This document shows, piece by piece, positions 28,315-36,079 of a stretch of DNA of 64,000 nucleotides (position 1 is the stretch's first letter; each line of letters begins with the position of its first letter). Source of the DNA: a virus. The position numbers and the translations under genes are program-made. Location: positions 1-64,000 of IMG/VR virus record IMGVR_UViG_3300009414_000001, one strand, 5' to 3'. The notes beneath the pieces were generated by a model that saw nothing but the letters and a program-made list of their open reading frames with translations, had not been told where the DNA came from and searched no databases.

Positions 28315-28725
28315 ATGTTAAATTATATATTCTTATCAATCATGTTGGCTTTTAACCCAGCAGCAGAATCAGCAACAAGCAATCTTGATCAAGGCACGCC
28401 ATCAGTTCAAGGTAGCAAAACAAAGCGTGTTGATTTTAATTTACTTGGCAGCAAAACAAAGCGTGTTGACTTCAACGTGCTCGGCAGTAAGTCAAAGCGA
28501 ATAGCTTACGGTAGTAAAAGCAAGCGCATCGCTTACGGTAGCAAATCAAAGCGTATTGATTTTAATCTGTTAGGTAGTAAGTCGAAGCGAATCGACTTTA
28601 ACTCATACGGCAGCAAGTCAAAACGAATTGACTTCAATATGCTTGGCAGCAAATCAAAACGCATCGACTTTAATATGCTTGGTAGTAAATCAAAACGCAT
28701 TAATGCTGATTCCGTCAAAATATAA
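28315..28725 (+). CDS. Multi-repeat peptide precursor (hydrophobic leader plus 9x GSK[S/T]KR units)
   Basis: AAGGGA RBS; 136 aa; repeats conserved as protein but diverged at synonymous positions; own terminator. Confidence 0.85.
   Translation: MLNYIFLSIMLAFNPAAESATSNLDQGTPSVQGSKTKRVDFNLLGSKTKRVDFNVLGSKSKRIAYGSKSKRIAYGSKSKRIDFNLLGSKSKRIDFNSYGSKSKRIDFNMLGSKSKRIDFNMLGSKSKRINADSVKI
28411..28698 (+). repeat. Degenerate 36/27-bp coding repeats
   Basis: Nine GGYAGYAAR-(ACA/TCA/AGC/TCG)-AARCGN starts. Confidence 0.9.
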
Positions 28726-28748
28726 ACACGACTAAATCAATAATATAG

Positions 28749-28775
28749 AAAGCGGCGATTTATTGCCGCTTTTTT
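28749..28775 (+). terminator. Rho-independent terminator after the peptide gene
   Basis: AAGCGGCGAT-TT-ATTGCCGCTTTTTT. Confidence 0.8.
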
Positions 28776-28831
28776 GTGTGTTGCGCAAAATTGTTGTAAA
28801 GTAGCTCCCAATGAGATGGAGCTAATTATCA

Positions 28832-29569
28832 ATGCTAAATTTAAGCAAACATTTAGAAGTTGAATTAAACACAGAAGGCGTTGATTACTTTGTTGGTGAC
28901 GTACATGGTCACTACGACGAATTAATGAACGAAATGAAGCGTGTGGGCTTCAAGGAAAGTACAGATCGCCTTTTCTTTCTTGGCGACTTATGCAATCGAG
29001 GCGATGATTCAATCAAATGCCTAGACTTGCTTACCGAAAAACATAAAACACTTACAGCTTACTCATTGGAAGGAAACCATGAGAATCTAATAAGTGAATT
29101 GCCCTACAACTCAAAAATCGAAGAACAATTAAAGCGAAGCAGCACAGGCGGTCAATGGGCAGTTGATTGTTATCACTTCGAACCCTCTGTATTTAGAAGG
29201 CTAACAGGTATCATAAAGGCTAAGTGCTTTAACGCTATAACTGTCAAGACATCACTCGGCAGTATTGGCTTAGTTCACGCTCAAGCACCTGATGACTGGG
29301 CTGTTTTCAGTCACAGTAAAATACCTAATGACGTACTGTTTAACGGCCTATGGAGTCACGAAAAATACTCTAAGCCTGCAAGCGAACTAAACCCCATCAA
29401 AAACATCGACCTCACTATTAGTGGACACACTAATTCAAGCGAAATTGTAGTCAAACAAAACATGATTTGGATTGACACTTTACGTAATGGCGGAAGGATA
29501 ACAATAATAAGCGCCGCAGAAGCTTTTGAGTTGATGAAAACTGAGAGAGCAAATGAACGAACAAGATAA
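28832..29569 (+). CDS. Ser/Thr protein phosphatase (PPP metallophosphoesterase; lambda NinI / PphA / P1 Ppp-like)
   Basis: GDVHG, GDLCNRG, GNHE, VHA, GHT, IDT motifs. Confidence 0.9.
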   Translation: MLNLSKHLEVELNTEGVDYFVGDVHGHYDELMNEMKRVGFKESTDRLFFLGDLCNRGDDSIKCLDLLTEKHKTLTAYSLEGNHENLISELPYNSKIEEQLKRSSTGGQWAVDCYHFEPSVFRRLTGIIKAKCFNAITVKTSLGSIGLVHAQAPDDWAVFSHSKIPNDVLFNGLWSHEKYSKPASELNPIKNIDLTISGHTNSSEIVVKQNMIWIDTLRNGGRITIISAAEAFELMKTERANERTR

Positions 29570-30194
29570 ACACAGGTTAACATTCCTTATCCCTCGCTGG
29601 AACGATGGCGACAGAACCGCCATCAATGAAGTAGCTAAAATAGTCGAGCCATGGGTTAGAGGTTTCGCTTCGCTTGCTATCGATAAAGAGCACGAAAGTG
29701 TAATGGTTGCCAGTAAAAAGATACCCACAATATTAGGCATGTGGGACGTTAACGAGCAAACACAAGAAGTAATGGTAAGGTTTGCTATTCATCAAAATTC
29801 AGTGACAAAATTAACCACTCCTTTAGCTCTTTACCAGCTATTGAGGTTTATGACCTACAGGATTTTAAAAAACAAAATTGAGGCTATAACAAAGCAGTCT
29901 GAGAATAGAGTCTCGGTCAGCGCAATGGATCCCGAAGAGCAAGATTTAATGGAAGGAGCGGCAAACAAGCAAAATGCCTCTGATATGGTTACGCTGCTAG
30001 AGCACCTTGAACATATCAATATAAAGCACCCTGACATGGCGATGGCTTACGCGATGCATCACATCGACGGTCATACCACCCAAGAAATATCTGACATAAC
30101 AGGGCAGACAGTAAGAAGTATTCAGCGTAATATAAAGCTAGTGAATACAGAGTTATACGCGCACTTAATGACTATAAAAACGGAAGCTTCGTAA
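29553..30194 (+). CDS. ECF-type RNA polymerase sigma factor, kinase-associated class (EcfK/EcfP-like)
   Basis: N-terminal LT.L..RW..GD..A..E....V; M..RIL in region 2; region-4 HTH G.TTQEISDITG..VRSIQR; TAATG coupling to the kinase. Confidence 0.8.
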   Translation: MNEQDKHRLTFLIPRWNDGDRTAINEVAKIVEPWVRGFASLAIDKEHESVMVASKKIPTILGMWDVNEQTQEVMVRFAIHQNSVTKLTTPLALYQLLRFMTYRILKNKIEAITKQSENRVSVSAMDPEEQDLMEGAANKQNASDMVTLLEHLEHINIKHPDMAMAYAMHHIDGHTTQEISDITGQTVRSIQRNIKLVNTELYAHLMTIKTEAS

Positions 30195-33100
30195 TGGATT
30201 TAGACGTTCTTGATATTGTAGAGAAAGCACTTTTAGTTGATGAACCAGCAGAGAGATTGAAACTAATCTCTGAGAGCTGCGGCAATAATCAAGAGCAAAT
30301 CGATTCAATAGTTTTCTTAATAGATGTTGTTAGCGAAGAAATAGAGCAACCAGAGCTTACCGCTGATGACGTCAAGGAAGCTTACGAAGTTCCAAGTGAC
30401 GAATTATCTGCCTTTGATATCCTAGCTATAGTCACAGAAGACGGAATCACCACCCAAGACCAAGAAAAGCTAGTTATAGAGCTTTGTGCTGGTGATGAAA
30501 GCAAAGTAAAGGAAGTTAATCGCCGTCTTGAAATGCTCTCTGATGATATCGATGAAGCGATCAACGAAAACATAATACAAGAAAGCTACAAGTCACTAAA
30601 AAACGGCGGCATCAACGACCCTAAAGCCCTCGAAGGCTTAATTGTTAACGACTATCGATTAGATTCCTTTATAGATAAAGGCTCTTACGGTTTTGTCTAT
30701 AAAGGCACGCGAATCGATGGCAAAATGAAAAAACAACAAGTTGCCATAAAAGTCATTAACCCGTCCATCAAAAACATTCTTCCCTTTGATTTAATTGACC
30801 GTGAAGCTGACATCATGGCGATGCTAAATCACAAATACATTGTTAATGTGTTGCATGTAGGTAGCGTTAATTACAATGGTATGTTTTTAGATTGCCATAT
30901 AACAGAGTTTGTTAATGGCTGTAATATATTCGAAGCCTTTCCTTTATCACTAGACAATCTGATAGCTAAAATTAAGTGTGTTGCTAGGGTAGCTAAAGCA
31001 TTAGAGCACTCGCATAAAAACAAGCTTATACACGCTGATATCAAGCCTGAAAACATCCTTGTTCGTTACTCTGAGAAGACTGAAAAAGAAAAGGAAATGT
31101 TTCTTAGGATCATGTGTGAGACTGATGTGGGCAATACTGGCCTAGTCTCTCATGATTTAGAACCTGTACTTTTAGATTTCAGCATATCGCCAACATCTAA
31201 CGCCCAAGGTACATCAAAAGCTGATGCGATAAAGTTTGCCAACAACTACAGATCACCTTACAGCTCTCCTGAATATCTACAAGGAGAGTCTTTATCTGCT
31301 CGCTCGGACGTTTATTCGCTCGGCGTATTACTGCATGCATTGATTATCAACAAAGAGCCATGCGAAAGAGGGCAGTTTGAAGAGTGGCCTAGCGACATAT
31401 TGCTAGGTAAAAAAGAATGGGATTACAACTGGTGTCTTGGTGACTTAGACGCCATCATCAAAAAAGCATGCGCTAAAAACCCTGATGACCGATACAACAA
31501 TGTTACTGAATTCAAAAATGACCTCTATAAGTTTATAGAGTTCAAGCCAGTTTCAGCGAAATCTGAGTCCTTGCCAGCGAAAGTATACAAGAAAACCCGA
31601 AGAAACCCTTTAATGATGACGGGCTTAGCCATGGGGTTTGTGTCGTTCCTATACGCTGCCTTTTACTCTATCGATGCAATAGAGCAGAATGCTCAATATC
31701 GTCATAACCTAGCGCTGTCGGAAGAATATTCCACTATGCTAAGCGAAGTACTCAAGCCTGTTGTTTCTCGAAAAGCTTTAAGTAAAGATTTTTTTGAAGA
31801 CAGCTTAAGTAGTTGGAACAAGTTTGATAACGCAACAACCGAAAAGCGCGTTTACTTCTTATCGTCATTAGCTGAGATGGCAACTAATGCACAGCATTTT
31901 GATATCGCGTCTGAAATGTACGAAAAGCTATTAAAGTCCTTTGAAGATGAATTAAACGAAAAGGACAGAATAAAGCACACATCAAAGTACATTGTCGCAT
32001 TAAACAAGAGTGGGCAGTCTGAAAAAAGTCAGCGAATAGCTGCGCCTATGTTCGATTCGATGGTTGGTCATAATTATGATGATCCCGTTATTGTCGGCGC
32101 TTTCTTGGAAATGTTTGACAGTGCCAGTCGATACATATACGAAAGCTACGAAGAAAGCGTGCCACTATTGGAAATACTTAGACAAATAGAGCAAAAGCCA
32201 CAGTTGTTTTTAGCGCCAGAGCATAGATCACTACTTCATTACCACACTGCAAAAGAGCGTTATTATTCTTTCTTTGGCGATTACGCCAGCACAAGTATCG
32301 GTCAGAGTGAAGACTTCTATCAGGAAGAAATGGTGCCAGTATATAAGGACACCAGAGTTGATATAGACAAAGCCCTCTACTTGCTTAAAGGAACTCGTCA
32401 AGAGGAAGAGTATAGGCATCAATATTTAAGCTTAAGCGCTAGAATTGAATACGAACTAAGAAACACTAAAGCCGCCAAAAAACTGAGCAATAGAGCTATT
32501 AGATACGCCAAGGAAAACTGGGGAGACAGCCCGATAACCCAGCGAGCTTATGTAATAGATTTCACGGTTAATCGCCACGTTGATTTAAATAAAATGCTTT
32601 CATCTGCGAGAAACGCCGATAGAATGCAAAGCCGCAGAGGTGTTAGTCGTGATGACTTGATCACATCGAGCTATTACCTTGCTGATGCATTACTGATGAG
32701 TGGAAAGCTAGATAAAGACAAGGCATTAATACTCAGTCTAATTAATAAATACACTCCTGAACAGCTTGATTATGAAGGCTTGGACTCAATGGAAGCGATG
32801 ATAATTGATTATCTTGGCACTACTGAGTTTGATAAAAGTGACGCTGACAATAAGATACTTGCAAGCTATGCGCTGGCGGCAGCTGAGCGCATGAAAACAA
32901 TTGAACCTAACGAATTCGAGCAAGAGAAGTATAATTTTGCTCGATTAATTAACCTGTATTTTAACGACGAGCTAAAAGGTAGTGATATTTTCAACTACTT
33001 TAATAAAACAAAGAAGTTTCCGTCAAACCTACAAGCAACCAAATACACCTACTTAGCCATTTTATCTATTGACCTTAAAGAGCATGAAGTAGCTAACAAC

Positions 33101-33340
33101 CTCGTAAGTTTTGCCAGACAGGCGATGGTATACACAGAATTTGAGCGCACAAACTCAGTCAACCTGATGAGCATGTTTGCCTCAATCACTAAAGTTTATA
33201 TCGCTATTGGCGACATTGACGCCGCAAGAAACACCTTCAACAACGCTGCAACAATCTACAGAACGCATGAAGACGCACTTTCTGGAAGTTATTTTGCAAA
33301 GCAACTCACTGAATTAAATGATAAATTAATATTTTCATAA
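30194..33340 (+). CDS. Membrane Hanks-type Ser/Thr kinase with a large TPR-like extracytoplasmic domain
   Basis: GSYGFVY, VAIK, HADIKPENIL, DFS, YSSPE, SDVYSLG, DL.AI..KA....P..RY; TM PLMMTGLAMGFVSFLYAAFYSI; about 550 aa helical C-terminus. Confidence 0.9.
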   Translation: MDLDVLDIVEKALLVDEPAERLKLISESCGNNQEQIDSIVFLIDVVSEEIEQPELTADDVKEAYEVPSDELSAFDILAIVTEDGITTQDQEKLVIELCAGDESKVKEVNRRLEMLSDDIDEAINENIIQESYKSLKNGGINDPKALEGLIVNDYRLDSFIDKGSYGFVYKGTRIDGKMKKQQVAIKVINPSIKNILPFDLIDREADIMAMLNHKYIVNVLHVGSVNYNGMFLDCHITEFVNGCNIFEAFPLSLDNLIAKIKCVARVAKALEHSHKNKLIHADIKPENILVRYSEKTEKEKEMFLRIMCETDVGNTGLVSHDLEPVLLDFSISPTSNAQGTSKADAIKFANNYRSPYSSPEYLQGESLSARSDVYSLGVLLHALIINKEPCERGQFEEWPSDILLGKKEWDYNWCLGDLDAIIKKACAKNPDDRYNNVTEFKNDLYKFIEFKPVSAKSESLPAKVYKKTRRNPLMMTGLAMGFVSFLYAAFYSIDAIEQNAQYRHNLALSEEYSTMLSEVLKPVVSRKALSKDFFEDSLSSWNKFDNATTEKRVYFLSSLAEMATNAQHFDIASEMYEKLLKSFEDELNEKDRIKHTSKYIVALNKSGQSEKSQRIAAPMFDSMVGHNYDDPVIVGAFLEMFDSASRYIYESYEESVPLLEILRQIEQKPQLFLAPEHRSLLHYHTAKERYYSFFGDYASTSIGQSEDFYQEEMVPVYKDTRVDIDKALYLLKGTRQEEEYRHQYLSLSARIEYELRNTKAAKKLSNRAIRYAKENWGDSPITQRAYVIDFTVNRHVDLNKMLSSARNADRMQSRRGVSRDDLITSSYYLADALLMSGKLDKDKALILSLINKYTPEQLDYEGLDSMEAMIIDYLGTTEFDKSDADNKILASYALAAAERMKTIEPNEFEQEKYNFARLINLYFNDELKGSDIFNYFNKTKKFPSNLQATKYTYLAILSIDLKEHEVANNLVSFARQAMVYTEFERTNSVNLMSMFASITKVYIAIGDIDAARNTFNNAATIYRTHEDALSGSYFAKQLTELNDKLIFS

Positions 33341-33400
33341 AATATTTTGTAACCTTTGTCGTTTTTTCCGTTTTCGATTGTACAGTGATTAAATTGTACG

Positions 33401-33452
33401 CTTTTACTATTATCAATCCCCCACGAAAATTAAGGGAAGATAATAGTAAAGG
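33401..33452. repeat. Long inverted repeat downstream of the kinase (candidate sRNA, attenuator or terminator)
   Basis: CTTTTACTATTATC...GATAATAGTAAAGG. Confidence 0.6.
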
Positions 33453-33480
33453 GACGCTTTAACGAAAAATAATGCATATT

Positions 33481-33540
33481 CCTACTTGCCAAATGCTGGT
33501 AATTAGCAATTAGACGAGATATGATTCTGTTACAGAATCA
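33481..33540. promoter_or_regulatory. Two adjacent operator-like palindromes upstream of the recombinase
   Basis: CCTACTTG-N18-CAATTAGA (33481-33514) and TGATTCTGT-T-ACAGAATCA (33522-33540). Confidence 0.6.
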
Positions 33541-33576
33541 AATTTAGTTAATTGCAGCAAGCAAAAAGGAAGTTGT

Positions 33577-34476
33577 ATGGATATCTTAAATGACGTTAAA
33601 GACTGGTTAAATTCAGAGTTCCCATCGCAAGAAGAGATCAAAGAAACAATAGACAGGCTGTCTATGAATGCTGGCTCAACTAAGAACCCAGCTGAACGCT
33701 TTGAATTTAAAGATGCAATCGAGTTACTTAAAAAGGAATTAGGCAAAGAGCCACAGACCTTAAGCAGTAATTCAAAGAATGGCGTTGCTGCCTTCCCTTC
33801 AAGTATTAGAGAGGAAAGCCCAGCCCCCATCAAAGCAAAACCTTTAAAAGCAAACGGAAGCAGAGCAGCCAGTCCGATTAAAGATAAAACTGACATCAAG
33901 ATGATTGCGAAAATGATGAGCAAGTGGAACTTTCAACGTGAAGCTCATTTATTAATTATCGGATGTAATACAGCTCTACGTTATTCAGATTTGCGCATGA
34001 TGAGATTCGATCAGGTAATTCATTCAGCGAAAAATGACGGCACAGCATACATAGAGCAGATAGTTGAAAAGAAAACTGGCAAAGCAAAACGTTTAATATT
34101 GAACAGAACAGCCATGAAGTACATCACAGCGCAATATGAGTCGTTAAAAGGATTAGGAATAGAAAACCCTATCTATGTATTTCAAGGCACAGGAAACCGA
34201 ACGAAGGCAGAGCCAAAACCTGTATCAAGAAGTCATGTAAACCAAGTCTTCAAACATGTTAGAGAAGATATGGATCTAGATTTTAGATTGTCTACTCACA
34301 CGATGAGAAAGACTTTTGGATACCATGCGTATGACAATGGTAAAGGTATCGATATAAAGATACTACAGAAGCTATTTAATCACGCATCAGAACAAGACAC
34401 CTTTATTTATATTGGTGTTAACGCTCAGCGAGTACAGGAAGCTTATATAACAGCTGAGATAGAGATAGATTTGTAG
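33577..34476 (+). CDS. Tyrosine recombinase (phage integrase family)
   Basis: TALRYSD (R), EKKTGK (K), THTMRKTFGY (HxxR), FNH....T..YIG (H/Y). Confidence 0.9.
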   Translation: MDILNDVKDWLNSEFPSQEEIKETIDRLSMNAGSTKNPAERFEFKDAIELLKKELGKEPQTLSSNSKNGVAAFPSSIREESPAPIKAKPLKANGSRAASPIKDKTDIKMIAKMMSKWNFQREAHLLIIGCNTALRYSDLRMMRFDQVIHSAKNDGTAYIEQIVEKKTGKAKRLILNRTAMKYITAQYESLKGLGIENPIYVFQGTGNRTKAEPKPVSRSHVNQVFKHVREDMDLDFRLSTHTMRKTFGYHAYDNGKGIDIKILQKLFNHASEQDTFIYIGVNAQRVQEAYITAEIEIDL

Positions 34477-34558
34477 AATTCATGACTCCTAATTGTGGGC
34501 GAATGAAAACTATGTATTATATGAATCACACAGCCATAAACACGATTAGAAGGAATTT

Positions 34559-34795
34559 TTGAAGATGCACACCAAGTTAATTTCACTACTGTCAGAATTA
34601 GAAAAACAAGTAAACACAGATAAAGTAAAGGCCATCATCGAAGAGATGATCCCGTTATCGGTAAGCTATCAAATGATAGAGCTAAATATAGAAGATGCGA
34701 TCTCTAATTTTGAAGAGTCTCACAAAAGAACAGCTACCGACGAAGAAAAGGAGTCTATCAGATTCGGCTTTATGTGTGGGATTAGCTGCGAATGA
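34559..34795 (+). CDS. Small hypothetical protein upstream of c1
   Basis: 78 aa, mildly acidic, AAGGA RBS. Confidence 0.5.
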   Translation: MKMHTKLISLLSELEKQVNTDKVKAIIEEMIPLSVSYQMIELNIEDAISNFEESHKRTATDEEKESIRFGFMCGISCE

Positions 34796-35100
34796 CCTCA
34801 TCGATTAAAGTGATATTGTCTTGCATGCTTGGGCTAATTGGTGGCCTCTGCTTGTTTGATATTATCGGAACGCCCGTAGTTAAATTTAATGAAATGGTAG
34901 CCATCATAGTCGGACTGTCTATTGTCGGCGTTATATCCAACACTAAAGCTTTATTGTTCGTCCTTACTTGCGCTACATACTCATTCGTTACCTCTATCCA
35001 TTTCTCCCTACAAGCAGGAGCAACCCCTATACTCGTTGCTGTTCTCACTTTTGTTATGCTTGTATTTCTCATCGACCAAATAGATAAAAAACTAAACTAA
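34792..35100 (+). CDS. Small multi-TM membrane protein
   Basis: 3-4 hydrophobic helices; ATGA overlap. Confidence 0.55.
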   Translation: MTSSIKVILSCMLGLIGGLCLFDIIGTPVVKFNEMVAIIVGLSIVGVISNTKALLFVLTCATYSFVTSIHFSLQAGATPILVAVLTFVMLVFLIDQIDKKLN

Positions 35101-35105
35101 TCCCC

Positions 35106-35130
35106 AAAAAGCCGCGAAAGCGGTTTTTTT
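35106..35130 (+). terminator. Rho-independent terminator
   Basis: GCCGC-GAAA-GCGGTTTTTTT. Confidence 0.85.
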
Positions 35131-35284
35131 ATGATTAATATTCCATAACAACAACGCATTAGACCTGTCATAACTAGCATTTACCTTGCATATTTGGTAA
35201 ATTTGGCAAATAATTAGATCACTACTTCTACGTTAGTAGATGCTGTTAGTACGGAAACTAATAAAACAATAAAGGGCGATGTGA

Positions 35285-36043
35285 ATGGAGAATAAAATTT
35301 TAGATAACAATATAGCCAAAGCCTACCACGAATTCGAGGCGTTTAGAGCTGAATTCGTTACGAAGTGGTGCGCTCGCTCTAGCTTTAAAGAGAATCGTAA
35401 GGACGGAGATATTAGACCCGTTGTTTTACTACGAACTAAAGAATTAGTTAGTGAGTTAATGGCAGATATCGAAATAGATAAAAGATTACTCGCTATATTG
35501 ACATCTGAGCCTGAAAGATTCTCACCCAAGGCCAGTAAATTTAAACCGATCTTAATGCCCGAAAAAGGCGTTACGAAGGTTTCTATTAGTCAGCCGCCAG
35601 CGACAAACTCTCGTAAGAAAACAAAAACGGAAGTTTTGAGATCATTAGGTCGCTTAGTGGATAGACTTGATCACACAGTTTTAACCACTGGCACACAGCA
35701 TTCAATTGATGCTTTAGCGATTGCGACAAAGGAATATCAATCAATTAAAGATGATTCCGAAGAGGTTTATCGTGTTCGTACTTACGGATATACAGACACT
35801 TGTGTTTACCTAGCACAACATGGCACCACTAAAGATAAGGTAAGAATTCCGATTACTGGAATGTTTATTATTGATCTGGAAGGTGCTTGCTCTGTTGCCG
35901 TTCAAGAAAAGAACGACCCAAAAGCGGCGATAAAATCATATCCTGTCACGCCAATTGCTTGCTCAGCTATCCTAAAGGGAATGCTGTACCGTCAAAGTGA
36001 TATTGACGCACATAACGACAAATCAAAGAAAAAGGCCATCTAA
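35285..36043 (+). CDS. c1: C1 primary repressor (P1 C1 homolog)
   Basis: YHEFEAFRAEF, DGDIRPVVLL, GVTKVS, YRVRTYGYTDT, LYRQSDID align with recalled P1 C1 (YQEFVSFRDLF, DGRPVRPVVVL, GVRKVT, FRMRVHGFSET, IYRLADIE); adjacent to the end of pacB as in P1. Confidence 0.8.
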   Translation: MENKILDNNIAKAYHEFEAFRAEFVTKWCARSSFKENRKDGDIRPVVLLRTKELVSELMADIEIDKRLLAILTSEPERFSPKASKFKPILMPEKGVTKVSISQPPATNSRKKTKTEVLRSLGRLVDRLDHTVLTTGTQHSIDALAIATKEYQSIKDDSEEVYRVRTYGYTDTCVYLAQHGTTKDKVRIPITGMFIIDLEGACSVAVQEKNDPKAAIKSYPVTPIACSAILKGMLYRQSDIDAHNDKSKKKAI

Positions 36044-36051
36044 GCGCCATT

Positions 36052-36073
36052 GTGCCACTTTTTCGAGTGGCAC
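36052..36073. terminator. Hairpin between convergent c1 and pacB
   Basis: GTGCCACT-TTTTCG-AGTGGCAC. Confidence 0.6.
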
Positions 36074-36079
36074 CACCCT

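Noticed and set aside
28339-28353. IMLAF in the peptide leader as a prohead-protease site
   Set aside because: The head-protein motifs have a small residue (S/A/C) after MLA. Phe does not fit, and MLA is expected by chance in a hydrophobic leader.
28411-28698. Peptide-gene repeats as CRISPR or a non-coding VNTR
   Set aside because: The units are in frame, vary at synonymous positions and have no unique spacers.
28315-33340. Eukaryotic contamination or a classical RiPP cluster
   Set aside because: Bacterial RBSs, terminators, gene overlaps, an ECF sigma and similar base composition argue against contamination. No cyclase, radical SAM enzyme, peptidase or transporter is adjacent.
35285-36043. 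Generic hypothetical or Tus-like protein
   Set aside because: Several motif blocks and the position match P1 C1 better.
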